Assembly (NCBI GenBank): GCA_963704725.1
Contig: OY969934.1
Coordinates: 192,001 to 256,000 of the forward strand
Direction: 5' to 3'
DNA from: an uncultured Actinomycetes bacterium
GTDB taxonomy: Bacteria; Actinomycetota; UBA4738; HRBIN12
DNA: 64,000 nt
The translations under genes were made by a program, and so were the position numbers. Under the pieces are notes generated by a model. It saw nothing but the letters and a program-made list of their open reading frames with translations, had not been told where the DNA came from and searched no databases. Within the stretch, counting starts at the first letter, position 1. Every line of letters starts with the position of its first letter. Of the stretch, positions 29,020 through 38,391 are shown one piece after another.

Positions 29020-29106
29020 GTGCAGAGGTACCGCCGACTGGTGGCGTTGCTCGGCTGGCTGGCGGTCGTTCTGATGGCCGTCGGAGCGGGCTGGAAGGCC
29101 TTCTGA
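29020..29106 (+). CDS. 28-aa signal-peptide-like precursor MQRYRRLVALLGWLAVVLMAVGAGWKAF
   Basis: GAGGGAGG RBS then GTG; basic n-region, hydrophobic h-region, small-residue c-region; followed by a strong hairpin. Confidence 0.72.
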   Translation: MQRYRRLVALLGWLAVVLMAVGAGWKAF

Positions 29107-29132
29107 GCCAGAGCTGAAGACATTGCGTTTCG

Positions 29133-29164
29133 CCGGATGCCGCCCCGATGGGGGCGGCATCCGG
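29133..29164. terminator. Intrinsic terminator-like hairpin, possibly bidirectional
   Basis: Perfect 14-bp stem CCGGATGCCGCCCC-GATG-GGGGCGGCATCCGG between convergent genes. Confidence 0.75.
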
Positions 29165-29183
29165 TGTGTCCGGCCCCGATCGC

Positions 29184-29990
29184 TCACCCCACGTCGCCGG
29201 GGTCGTGCGGCTTGACGGGCTCGCTCACCAGGTGCAGGTCGGGCGCGCCCGGCATGCTCGGCCTGGACGACATGGGCTCGTCCTCGCCGATCAGCACCCG
29301 GAACAGGTTCGGGAAGTCGAGCCGCTGGAGGCCGGCGCCGTAGCCGATCGCCTCGACCCGCATCATCGGCAGCTCGCCGTAGCCCTCGACCGTCGCCGCC
29401 AGGATCGCCGCGCCGGTCGCGTTCGTCAGCTCGGCCGCGACGCCGCGCGAGTACAGCGGCGCGCCGCGCAGAAGCTCCAGGACCGTGGGCGTGGGGATCG
29501 GCATCGCGCCGTGCTCGGTCCGGGTCATGCCGAGCCCGGTGGGCACGGCGGAGGCGAAGATGCGCTCGACGCCCAGCGACGTCAGCCCGACGGCCGTCCC
29601 CACCACGTCCACGATGGTGTCCAGACCACCGACGTCCGTGAAGGTCACGCTGTCGGGCTCGCGCCGGTGGACCCGTGCCTCGGCGTCGACCAGCAGCCGG
29701 AGCATGCGGTGCGCCAAGCGATGTGCCTCGGGGGGCAGGCCGCCGCCGTCCACGAGAGCTCGGACGCTGGCGAACGTTCGGATGACGCCGGTGGTCTGGG
29801 CGCGGACCGTGACGCGCGTCGCGCGCAGCCCCTGCTCTTCCACCTCCTCCACCTCGAGCTCGAAGGGGTCGAGCGGGAGCGTGCCGAGGTGCTTGCGGAC
29901 CTCGTCGAGGTCGAGGCCGGCGTCGAGCAGCGCCGCGAGCGCCGTGTCGCCCGTGATCCCGGCGATGCAATCGAAGTAGGCAACCCGCAT
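29184..29990 (-). CDS. LarC-family protein, N-terminal domain only, degenerate
   Basis: AYFDCIAGITGD, EARVH, HG..PIPTP, ELTNATGAAIL, GYGAG; no C-terminal LarC domain. Confidence 0.8.
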   Translation of the reverse strand: MRVAYFDCIAGITGDTALAALLDAGLDLDEVRKHLGTLPLDPFELEVEEVEEQGLRATRVTVRAQTTGVIRTFASVRALVDGGGLPPEAHRLAHRMLRLLVDAEARVHRREPDSVTFTDVGGLDTIVDVVGTAVGLTSLGVERIFASAVPTGLGMTRTEHGAMPIPTPTVLELLRGAPLYSRGVAAELTNATGAAILAATVEGYGELPMMRVEAIGYGAGLQRLDFPNLFRVLIGEDEPMSSRPSMPGAPDLHLVSEPVKPHDPGDVG

Positions 29991-30118
29991 GCGGCCGTGT
30001 CCGTCCCTCGGGGTTCGTTCGACCGCGAGAGCGCCGATTGTATACTCCCGTCTCCGCAACGCCGCAGGTCAGCGACGTTCGAAGCGCGCCCGAGCCGTTC
30101 GACCGAACCCGAGGATCG

Positions 30119-30613
30119 ATGACCTTCTCCGCCGAGACCCTCAGCCTGCTGGCGCTGATCGCGCTGGGGCTCGGCGCGTTCGCGCTCCTGCTGTCGGCGA
30201 TGTCCCAGGGGCGGCGCCGGAGCGAGCCGCGCGGGCCGATCCAGATGGACGACGTGCTCCGTGGCGTGCTCGAGGGCCAGGCCCGGCAGATCCAGCGGCT
30301 CGAGGCGGCGGTCCGGTCGCTCGCGGCCACCGATCGCCGTCAGGAGGGCCTGATCGAGGGCACGGTCCGGCACGTGGGCCTGGTCCGATACGACGCCTTC
30401 GAGGACGTGGGCGGGCGGCTCTCGTTCTCGTGCGCCATGCTCGACGATCACGGCAACGGGGTCGTGCTGACGTCGATCAACGGGCGACAGGACACGCGCG
30501 TCTACGCCAAGCCGATCGTGGACGGCGGGAGCCAGTACAACCTGTCGATCGAGGAGGAGGAGGCGATCCGGCAGGCGCTCGCGGGTCCCCGGGAGGCGGT
30601 GACGGCAACGTGA
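30119..30613 (+). CDS. DUF4446-like protein
   Basis: N-terminal TM, coiled coil, VRYDAFEDVGGRLSFS, R.YAKPI, LS.EE.EAI. Confidence 0.8.
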   Translation: MTFSAETLSLLALIALGLGAFALLLSAMSQGRRRSEPRGPIQMDDVLRGVLEGQARQIQRLEAAVRSLAATDRRQEGLIEGTVRHVGLVRYDAFEDVGGRLSFSCAMLDDHGNGVVLTSINGRQDTRVYAKPIVDGGSQYNLSIEEEEAIRQALAGPREAVTAT

Positions 30614-30696
30614 TCTGGAGACGAGAAGAGGCCGAGGCGAGACGGGAGGAGTCCGATCCCGGCGCCGAGGCTCGACACGAGAGGGGGGGACGACGG

Positions 30697-31107
30697 ATGG
30701 CAGACCAGCAGGGCGGTGAGGTCACGATCGTCGGTCAGGGCGCGAAGCTCGAGGGCACCGTCGTCTCGGCGGGGTCGCTCCGGATCGACGGGCAGATCAA
30801 GGGACAGGTGAACGCGGACGGGGACGTGATGCTGTCACCGCAAAGCTCCGTCGAGGCCGACATCCGCGCGCAGAACGTGTCGGTGGCGGGGCGGTTCAAG
30901 GGCTCGATCGTCGTGAAGGGGCGGGCCGAGATCGCCCGGGGCGGCCGCGTCGACGGCAACATCACGTCCAAGACGCTCGTGGTCGAGGAGGGCGCGATCT
31001 TCCAAGGCCAGAGCGTCATGGATCAACAGGCCCAGGGGGCGCCGGCCCAACCGGCGAAGGCGGAGCCGCCAAAGGCGGAGGAAGCGCCGGAGAGAGCCAA
31101 GGTCTAG
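30697..31107 (+). CDS. Bactofilin (polymer-forming cytoskeletal protein)
   Basis: TIVGQGAKLEG...LRIDG...G.V.GNI....L.VEEGA.FQG beta-helix pattern; alternative start at 30610. Confidence 0.9.
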   Translation: MADQQGGEVTIVGQGAKLEGTVVSAGSLRIDGQIKGQVNADGDVMLSPQSSVEADIRAQNVSVAGRFKGSIVVKGRAEIARGGRVDGNITSKTLVVEEGAIFQGQSVMDQQAQGAPAQPAKAEPPKAEEAPERAKV

Positions 31108-32378
31108 TGCTCGACATCCGCGCGATCCGCGAGGATCCCGAGCGCTTCCGTCGCGGGCTGGCCCGCCGGGGCCTCGCGGACGCGGTGGACGAGCTGCTGG
31201 AGGCGGACGAGCGACGGCGATCGCTCACGGCGCGGGTCGAGGACCTGCGGGCGGCGCAGAACCGCGCGTCGAAGGAGATCGGCGCCGCCCGGGCCGAGGA
31301 GCGTGAACGGCGCATCGCCGAGGTGGGCGCGCTCAAGGCGGAGCTGAAGGAGCTCGAGCCCGGCCTGGCGGAGGCGGATCACGCGCTCACGGACCTGCTC
31401 GCGCGGGTGCCGAACCTCCCACACGAGTCCGCCCCCGACGGATTCACCGACGAGGACGCCGTCGAGGTCCGCCGGCGCGGCGAGCCCCGCGGGTTCGGCT
31501 TCGCCCCGAGGGACCACGCGGAGCTCGGAGCCCTCCTCGGCGTGCTGGACACCGAGCGGGGCGCCCGGACCAGCGGGTCTCGGTTCGTCTACCTCCTCGG
31601 CGACGCCGTCCACGTGCAGCTCGCGCTGGTCCAACACGCCGTGGAGGTCGTGGAGCGGCGGGGCTTCACCCCGGTCGTGCCGCCGGTGCTCGTCCGCGAG
31701 GAGGCGATGTACGGGACGGGCTTCCTGCCGACCGACGCCGTCAACCTCTACGTGACGCGCGAGGACGACCTCTACCTCGCCGGAACCTCCGAGGTTCCGC
31801 TCGCCGCCCTCCGCATGGGCGAGATCGTCGACGAGACGGAGCTCCCCCTGCGGTACGCCGGGATCTCGACGTGCTTCCGCCGCGAGGCGGGGACGTACGG
31901 CAAGGATCTCGGTGGGATGTTCCGGGTGCACCAGTTCGACAAGGTCGAGATGTTCGCGTTCGCCCGGCCCGAGGAGTCCTGGGACCTGCACGAGGAGATG
32001 GTGGGCATCGAGGAGGAGATCGTCTCGAGCCTGGAGCTCCCGTACCGGGTCGTGAACGTCGCCGCCGGCGACCTCGGCGGGAGCGCCGCGAAGAAGCTCG
32101 ACATCGAGGTCTGGCTTCCCGGGCAGGGAAGGTACCGGGAGCTGACCTCGTGCTCGAACTGCACCGACTACCAGGCGCGCCGGCTGCAGGCGCGGCTCCG
32201 CCGAGCCTCGGGCGAGATCGAGGTCCTGCACACCCTGAATGGGACGGCTACGGCTGTGGGTCGCACGCTGATCGCGATCCTGGAGAACCACCAGCAGGCA
32301 GACGGCGCGGTGGAGCTCCCGAAGGCCCTCCACGCCTACCTCCCCGAGCGCCTGCGGGAGCTTCGTCCTCGCTCGTAG
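31107..32378 (+). CDS. serS: Seryl-tRNA synthetase
   Basis: MLDIRAIR, GTSE, FRREAG, RVHQFDKVE, ELTSCSNCTDYQARR, HTLNGT. Confidence 0.98.
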   Translation: MLDIRAIREDPERFRRGLARRGLADAVDELLEADERRRSLTARVEDLRAAQNRASKEIGAARAEERERRIAEVGALKAELKELEPGLAEADHALTDLLARVPNLPHESAPDGFTDEDAVEVRRRGEPRGFGFAPRDHAELGALLGVLDTERGARTSGSRFVYLLGDAVHVQLALVQHAVEVVERRGFTPVVPPVLVREEAMYGTGFLPTDAVNLYVTREDDLYLAGTSEVPLAALRMGEIVDETELPLRYAGISTCFRREAGTYGKDLGGMFRVHQFDKVEMFAFARPEESWDLHEEMVGIEEEIVSSLELPYRVVNVAAGDLGGSAAKKLDIEVWLPGQGRYRELTSCSNCTDYQARRLQARLRRASGEIEVLHTLNGTATAVGRTLIAILENHQQADGAVELPKALHAYLPERLRELRPRS

Positions 32379-32424
32379 GAGCTTCCGTCTTGCTCACCCG
32401 GGCCGCCCGCCATAGCGTGGCGGC

Positions 32425-33849
32425 TTGAACGCGGAGCGGGAACCGTTCGTCGACCCGGCCGCCCTCCGGCGGATCTTCGACCAGTTGCCCGTGGTGACCT
32501 TCGAGCTGCGCCGGGGCGGCCGGCCCGAGGACATGTACTTCACCTACCTGAGCCGCCAGGTCGAGCAGATCACCGGCTATCGCTCCGAGGACGTGATGGG
32601 CGACGTCGAGATGTTCTCCCGCGCCGTCCACCCCGAGGATCGAGCCCGCGTGGTGGCCGAGGTGCTGCGGGCCTCCGGCGAGATCGACCGCTTCGACTCC
32701 GTGTTCCGGATCGTGGGCCCAGACGGGCGGCTGACCTGGCTCCACGCCCGCGCCACGCCGGCCACCAGCGAGGAGGGCGAGCTTCGATGGTTGGGGGTCG
32801 CCCTGGACGTGACCGAGCAGAAGCAGGCCGAGGAGGCGCTCCGTGCCGCCGAGGAGCGGTACCGGGCCGTCGTGCAGAACTCGTGGGACCTCATCGTGCT
32901 CGCCGATCGCCAGGGCACGATCGTGTACGCCTCACCCTCCCATCGCGCCGTGCTGGGAGTCGATCCGACGGCGCTCGTCGGCCGCGACGCTCACGAGCGG
33001 GTCGGACCCGCGGACGTGGTCAACTCACGGGACACGTTCGAGGAGGCCCTGCAAGGGATCCGGGGAGCGCCGGTCCGGTACTCGATGCGGCGGGAGGACG
33101 GTCACGAGATCGTGCTCGAGGGCTCGGGATGGCAGCCCGTGTTCGACGACGCCGGCGGCGTCAAGCTGGTCCTGGGGATCGCCCGGGACGTCACGGCGCG
33201 CGTCCGGGCCGAGCGCGAACGGGCCGAGCTGTTCGCCAAGATCGTCGCAGCGCAGGAGCAGGAACGCTCGCGCATCGCCACCGACCTGCACGACGATCAT
33301 GTGCAGGCGATGACGGCGCTGGGACTCCAGATCGGCACGCTCGCGCACGGGATCACCGACCCGGCGACGCGGGATCGGCTGGCGGACCTCGGGAACTCGG
33401 TCGAGGAGGCCGTGGGACGGCTGCGGCACCTCATGTTCCAGCTGTGGCCGCCGGCGCTCGAGAGCGGTGGGCTCGCCGCGGCGATCGACGAGTACCTGGC
33501 GCGGGAGTTCGGGAACACCTTGGCCTACGACGTGCGGAGCTCGCTGGCGCAGGAGCCGCCGCTCCCGACGCGCATCGTCGCGTACCGGATCATCCAGGAG
33601 GCGCTCCAGAACGTCCGCAAGCACGCTCGAGCCTCCAACGTGCTGGTCCTGCTGACGCTCGATCGTGGCCACCTCGTCGTGCGGGTCGAGGACGACGGCG
33701 TGGGGTTCGCGCCGGGCGAGGATCCGGACCCCAAGCACATCGGCCTGCGTTCGATGCGGGAGCGCGCGGAGCTGGGCGGGGGGTCGTTCCACGTCGGGCC
33801 GCGGTCGCCGGCGGGGACCGCTGTGGGGTTCCGGCTCCCGATCTCCTAA
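32425..33849 (+). CDS. Cytoplasmic PAS-PAS sensor histidine kinase (HisKA_3/NarX-like)
   Basis: Two PAS/PAC domains, ERSRIATDLHDD, QEALQNVRKHA, DDGVGF, GLRSMRER. Confidence 0.92.
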   Translation: MNAEREPFVDPAALRRIFDQLPVVTFELRRGGRPEDMYFTYLSRQVEQITGYRSEDVMGDVEMFSRAVHPEDRARVVAEVLRASGEIDRFDSVFRIVGPDGRLTWLHARATPATSEEGELRWLGVALDVTEQKQAEEALRAAEERYRAVVQNSWDLIVLADRQGTIVYASPSHRAVLGVDPTALVGRDAHERVGPADVVNSRDTFEEALQGIRGAPVRYSMRREDGHEIVLEGSGWQPVFDDAGGVKLVLGIARDVTARVRAERERAELFAKIVAAQEQERSRIATDLHDDHVQAMTALGLQIGTLAHGITDPATRDRLADLGNSVEEAVGRLRHLMFQLWPPALESGGLAAAIDEYLAREFGNTLAYDVRSSLAQEPPLPTRIVAYRIIQEALQNVRKHARASNVLVLLTLDRGHLVVRVEDDGVGFAPGEDPDPKHIGLRSMRERAELGGGSFHVGPRSPAGTAVGFRLPIS

Positions 33850-35660
33850 TGGCTCTCCGGGTCGCGCTCGAGCCGGACGACCGTGTCATCCGCCGGCGCC
33901 GCGTGCCGCGCTCGCGACGGCGCCGTCCGCCCGCGCCCTTCGTCGGAGTGCCGGGCGGAGGTCACGTCGACGATGATGCCCTGCACCTCGCGGGGCGCGC
34001 CGCCCGGCAGCCGTGAGACGACGACACCCTGATCGCGCACCCAGCGGACCCGGCCGTCCCGACGCACGACGCGGTACTCCATCGCGAACGGCTCGCCCGT
34101 CTCGCGGATCTTGGACGCGATCCGGAAGACGCGCTCACGGTCGCCCTCGTGCACGGTCGAACGCCACGCGCTCGCCGTCCGGACGTCGCCGGGCTGGTAG
34201 CCGAGCATCGCCGTGATCTGGGGGCTCACGTAGGTGAGGTCGCCGGTTCGAGCGTCGAGGACGTAGATGATCCCGGGGACCTGCTCGGCGAGCCCACGGA
34301 AGCGGGCCTCGTTCTCCCGGGCGCTCGCCTCCGCCTCCTTCCGCCCCGTGATGTCGATGGCCACGCCCTGGAACAGGTGCGGCCGCCCCCCGTCGTCCCG
34401 CGAGATCAGCACCGCTTCGTCCAGCACCCACACGATCCGCCCGTCCTTACGCAGGTAGCGGTACTCCATGGAGAAGGGCTCGCCGGTGGTCTCGGAGCGC
34501 ATGGTGGCGGCGAGCACGGCGGTCCGGTCGTCGGGGTGCAGCCGCGACATCCAGAAGTCCGGTGTGCGGCACCACTCCTCGGCGGTGAAGCCGAGCATCT
34601 CCTCGACGCGCGGGCTCATGTAGTCCCGGCGTTCGACGTCCTGCGATCCGTCCGTCTGCCAGACGTAGGTGACCGCCGGGATCTGCTCGGCGAGGAGGCG
34701 ATAGCGGTGCTCGGCGGCGCGGAGGTCCTCCTCCACTCGCCGGCGCTCGGAGATCTCGAGCATCAGGAGCTCGTTCGCCTCCTCGAGCTCCGCGGTGCGC
34801 TCCAGGACGCGATGCTCGAGGTCGTCTCGCGCCGCCCGCAGGTCCTCCTGCGCGAACTGGAGCTGGGTGACGTCGAGCTGCACGCCGAGCCAGTAGAGCG
34901 GCTTCCCGGCCTCGTCGCGGACGAGATTGGCGACGTCCCGGAACCAGACGGCGCGGCCGTCGCTGGCGATGAGGCGATACTCCTGGCTCCACGGCTTCCC
35001 GGTGTCGTTGTGGTCGTCGTGGTCGGCGAGCGTGATCTCGCGGTCGTCCGGGTGCAGGAGCTCCATCCAGATGTCAGGCTGGTCGAGCCATTCGTCCCTC
35101 GTGTACCCGAGCGCCCGCTCCACTTGGGGGCTCACGTAGAGGGTCCGGCGGTCGTCGTCGTTCGCCACCAGGTAGACCACGGCGGGGATGTTCTCGACCA
35201 GGAACCGGTACCGCTCCATCGACTCCTTCAGCGCCTGCTCGATGGACTTGGAGATGCTGATGTCCTCCAGCAGGCCGTGTCGGAAGAGCGGCTGGCCGGA
35301 GTCGGTGCGCACGAGCGCGCAGCGATCGCGCACCCAACGTACCTCGCCGTCGGTGGCGAGCCACCGGTACTCGGCCTCGAACGGCTCCTCGCGGTCGACG
35401 GCTCCGTCCCGCGCCCGCAGCACCCATTCGCGGTCGTCCGGATGGATGCAGCGCCCCCACAACTCGCGATCGGCGAGGAAGTCCGCCTGCGTGTGGCCGA
35501 ACATCTCGAGGCACTGCGGGCTCACGTAGAGCGACCGCGGATGGTGCTCGTTGGAGTGGATGTAGACGACCGCCGGGACCTGCTCGACGAGGCTGCGATA
35601 CAGCAGCGTGTCGCTGGCCGCGCGGAGCGCGTCCAGGGTGTGCTTCGCCGGGTCGTCCAT
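33846..35660 (-). CDS. Multi-PAS protein (four PAS/PAC) without an output domain
   Basis: Four repeats of 'E..P...Y...Y.SP...HPDDR...EYR...W..D'; central coiled coil ERTAELEEAN. Confidence 0.85.
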   Translation of the reverse strand: MDDPAKHTLDALRAASDTLLYRSLVEQVPAVVYIHSNEHHPRSLYVSPQCLEMFGHTQADFLADRELWGRCIHPDDREWVLRARDGAVDREEPFEAEYRWLATDGEVRWVRDRCALVRTDSGQPLFRHGLLEDISISKSIEQALKESMERYRFLVENIPAVVYLVANDDDRRTLYVSPQVERALGYTRDEWLDQPDIWMELLHPDDREITLADHDDHNDTGKPWSQEYRLIASDGRAVWFRDVANLVRDEAGKPLYWLGVQLDVTQLQFAQEDLRAARDDLEHRVLERTAELEEANELLMLEISERRRVEEDLRAAEHRYRLLAEQIPAVTYVWQTDGSQDVERRDYMSPRVEEMLGFTAEEWCRTPDFWMSRLHPDDRTAVLAATMRSETTGEPFSMEYRYLRKDGRIVWVLDEAVLISRDDGGRPHLFQGVAIDITGRKEAEASARENEARFRGLAEQVPGIIYVLDARTGDLTYVSPQITAMLGYQPGDVRTASAWRSTVHEGDRERVFRIASKIRETGEPFAMEYRVVRRDGRVRWVRDQGVVVSRLPGGAPREVQGIIVDVTSARHSDEGRGRTAPSRARHAAPADDTVVRLERDPESH

Positions 35661-35721
35661 CGCCCGCCAATGGTGCCAGAATCCGCGCTTGGAGTGAAGC
35701 GCCGCTGCTACGCTCGCCCCC

Positions 35722-35811
35722 GGGAGGGTGGCCGAGCGGACGAAGGCGGCGGTCTTGAAAACCGCTAGCGGGGCAACTCGCTCCCGGGTTCGAATCCCGG
35801 CCCTCCCGCCA
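35722..35811 (+). tRNA. tRNA-Ser(TGA)
   Basis: GGGAGGG/CCCTCCC acceptor stem, GCGGT-CTTGAAA-ACCGC anticodon arm, long variable arm, TTCGAAT, encoded CCA. Confidence 0.96.
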
Positions 35812-35957
35812 TCCACCTGCGGTGCTGCGTGACCCTCCGGCCGTGGAGTTGAGAGTCGCAGGATCGACCCGACCCGGGATACCCGAGAACGACCGGCGCC
35901 CGCTCGGGGCTCGCCACGTCGGTCCAGGCGGGAGCCCTGTCGCCGGGAGATGACGGC

Positions 35958-38219
35958 TCACAACTCACACTGGTTGACCTGCTCCCCGGCCACGTTGTCG
36001 CAGGTGTCCGTCCCCTTCCCACCATCGAACGTGTCGACGCCGTCGCCACCGACCAGCGTGTCGTCGCCACCTCGTCCCACCAGATCGTCGTCCCCGCCCA
36101 GGCCGGAGAGCACGTCGTCGTCCGGCGAGCCCGTGAGCGAATCGGCGAACGCGGACCCCCCCACCGCCTCGAACCCGGTGAGGACGTCACCGGTCGCGTC
36201 GCCACCCGAGTAGGTCTGCGTGTCGAGGTTGATCGTGACACCGGCGCTCGAGAACACGTAGTTCACGAGGTCGATGCCTGCTCCACCGCGAAGGTCGTCG
36301 GCCCCGGCCATCCCGATGAACGTGTTGTCCTGGGCGTCGCCCGTCAGCGAGTCCGCGAACGCGGAGCCGATGACCCCCTCCACCTCGGACACGATGTCGC
36401 CGGTGGCGTCGCCGCCGCTGAACGACGAGGTGACGAGGTCCACCGTGATCGCCGCCGGAGATTCCTCGTACGCCACGAGGTCGGTCCCGGCGCCCCCTTC
36501 CAGCACGTCGCCACCGCCGCCGCCGGTGAGCACGTCCTCGCCGTCCAGGCCGGTGAGCACGTTCGCGTTGGCGTCACCGGTGAGCCAGTCGCCGAAGGCG
36601 CTTCCCCGGAGGTTCTCGACCTTGACGAACTCGTCGCCATCCGCGTCTCCGCCCGAGGCGCTCCCGGCGGCGAGGTCGACCACGATCCCGTCGCCGGAAC
36701 CCTCGTAGTCCAGGGTGTCGACGTCGCCACCTCCCCGCAGGTCGTCGGCTCCCGGTCCACCAACCAGGGTGTCGTCGCCGCCCTCCCCGTAGACGACGTC
36801 GTCGCCCGCTCCGGCGTCGATGAAATCGTCCCCTCCCCGGCCACAGATGACGTCCCTTCCGGACGTTCCCTGGAGGACGTCGTCGCCGACCGTCCCGACG
36901 ATCGTGCATCCCGTCGGATCCTTGACGAACACGTCGAGGATCGTGTCGCCGTCGTCGGGATGCAGGTTCGTGGCCTCCGACTGGAAGGCCACGTGCTCGC
37001 CTCGCCCCGAGATGCTCGGCTGGTAGCTGCGGCCGTTCCCCTTGGCACCCTCGCCGGACGTCGAGACCAGGACGAGGTTCCCCGTCCGCAGGTCCTTGGC
37101 GTAGATGTCCAGGTCCGGATCGGTGTCGCCGGGATCCAGATTGGTCGCGGAGGAGGTGAACGCCACCCATCGGCCGCTGCCCGAGATCTGCGGGTTGAAG
37201 CTGTTCCCGTTCCCCTTCACGCCGTCGTCGGACGTGGACGCGAGCTGGATGTCGCCGGTGAGGATGTCCTTCACGAACACGTCCTCGATCTGGTCCGTGT
37301 CCTCCGGGACCAGGTTGTGCGAGAGCGAGGAGAAGGCGACGGTGGTGCCGTTGCCCGAGAGGGTCGGGTCCGCGCTGTTTCCCAGGCCCTTGACTCCGGT
37401 GTCCGACGTCGAGACCAGGAAGAGGGAACCATCGGAGAGGCGCTTGACGTAGACGTCGGTCAGGAGGTCGGTGTCCGTCGGAGAGAGGTTCGTCGCGCTG
37501 GTTGCGAACGCCACGTACTTGCCCGATCGAGCGATCGAGGGAGTCCCGAAGATGACCCCGTTGGCCTCCACTCCGGCGAGGGACGTCGACGCAAGGACGA
37601 GGGTACCGCTCGAAAGGTCCTTCACGTAGAGGTCTGCCTGCACGTCGGCCGCAAGGGGATCGAGGTTCGTCGAGACGGAGAGGAACGAGACCCGGTCGCC
37701 CCCACCGGAAACGTCCGGATCGAAGGAGTTCCCGTCTCCCTTGACCCCCCCACCCGAGATCGACGCCAGAACGACGTCTCCGGTGGCGAGGTCCTTCACG
37801 TACACGTCCGAGGTGATGTCGGTATCGCCGGGGTCGAGGTTCGTGGCGTTCGACACGAAGGCGACGAACCCGCCGTCTCCCGACATGGCGGGAGAAACGC
37901 TCAGGCCGTTGGCCTTGATCTCGGAGTCCGAGGTCGAGGCCAGGATGAGGTCGCCGCTCGCCAGGTCCTTCACGTAGACGTCGCTGACGGCATCTCCATC
38001 CGCAGGATCGAGGTTCGTCGAGAGTGAGCTGAAGGCGATGGCGGTGCCGGATGCGGCGAGGTCTGGGTAGGAGCCGCCGTCGTTCCCCTTGACTCCTGCA
38101 TCCGACGTGGAGGCGAGATTCGGGGCTTCCTCGAGCGCGACGGCGGACGCGATGGCGGGTGGCAGCAGCAACGACGCGCCGAGCGCGATCACGACGAACG
38201 GCACGGAGTGCTTCCTCAT
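35958..38219 (-). CDS. Secreted TolB/PD40-like propeller protein with RTX-type Ca-binding repeats
   Basis: Signal peptide; about seven 'AF.S.ATNL.P.D.D...DV(Y/F)VKD' repeats; many GGxGxDxL nonapeptides. Confidence 0.85.
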   Translation of the reverse strand: MRKHSVPFVVIALGASLLLPPAIASAVALEEAPNLASTSDAGVKGNDGGSYPDLAASGTAIAFSSLSTNLDPADGDAVSDVYVKDLASGDLILASTSDSEIKANGLSVSPAMSGDGGFVAFVSNATNLDPGDTDITSDVYVKDLATGDVVLASISGGGVKGDGNSFDPDVSGGGDRVSFLSVSTNLDPLAADVQADLYVKDLSSGTLVLASTSLAGVEANGVIFGTPSIARSGKYVAFATSATNLSPTDTDLLTDVYVKRLSDGSLFLVSTSDTGVKGLGNSADPTLSGNGTTVAFSSLSHNLVPEDTDQIEDVFVKDILTGDIQLASTSDDGVKGNGNSFNPQISGSGRWVAFTSSATNLDPGDTDPDLDIYAKDLRTGNLVLVSTSGEGAKGNGRSYQPSISGRGEHVAFQSEATNLHPDDGDTILDVFVKDPTGCTIVGTVGDDVLQGTSGRDVICGRGGDDFIDAGAGDDVVYGEGGDDTLVGGPGADDLRGGGDVDTLDYEGSGDGIVVDLAAGSASGGDADGDEFVKVENLRGSAFGDWLTGDANANVLTGLDGEDVLTGGGGGDVLEGGAGTDLVAYEESPAAITVDLVTSSFSGGDATGDIVSEVEGVIGSAFADSLTGDAQDNTFIGMAGADDLRGGAGIDLVNYVFSSAGVTINLDTQTYSGGDATGDVLTGFEAVGGSAFADSLTGSPDDDVLSGLGGDDDLVGRGGDDTLVGGDGVDTFDGGKGTDTCDNVAGEQVNQCEL

Positions 38220-38391
38220 GGTGTCCCCTCTCGACCGGGCCTTGCGGACCAGCCGAGGCTAGGGACCCCTCGCGCCCGTGACGAGAGGGTTTCCCCTACG
38301 GTCTTCGCGCTCACCCCCCTGGGTGGTCGCCCGACCCCGGCGCCCACTCGATCGGACGGACACGAAGCGCAGGACCCCCCAGCGGGCTGAT

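Noticed and set aside
28370-29074. Track ORF 28370-29074 (+), and the ATG at 29015 as the peptide start
   Set aside because: That ORF is antisense shadow of the DUF5317-like gene. The ATG at 29015 is too close to the RBS and gives a 19-aa product without signal-like structure; the GTG at 29020 fits better.
35958-38100. Repeated DNA units in the secreted protein gene
   Set aside because: Explained by protein-level TolB-like and RTX nonapeptide repeats.
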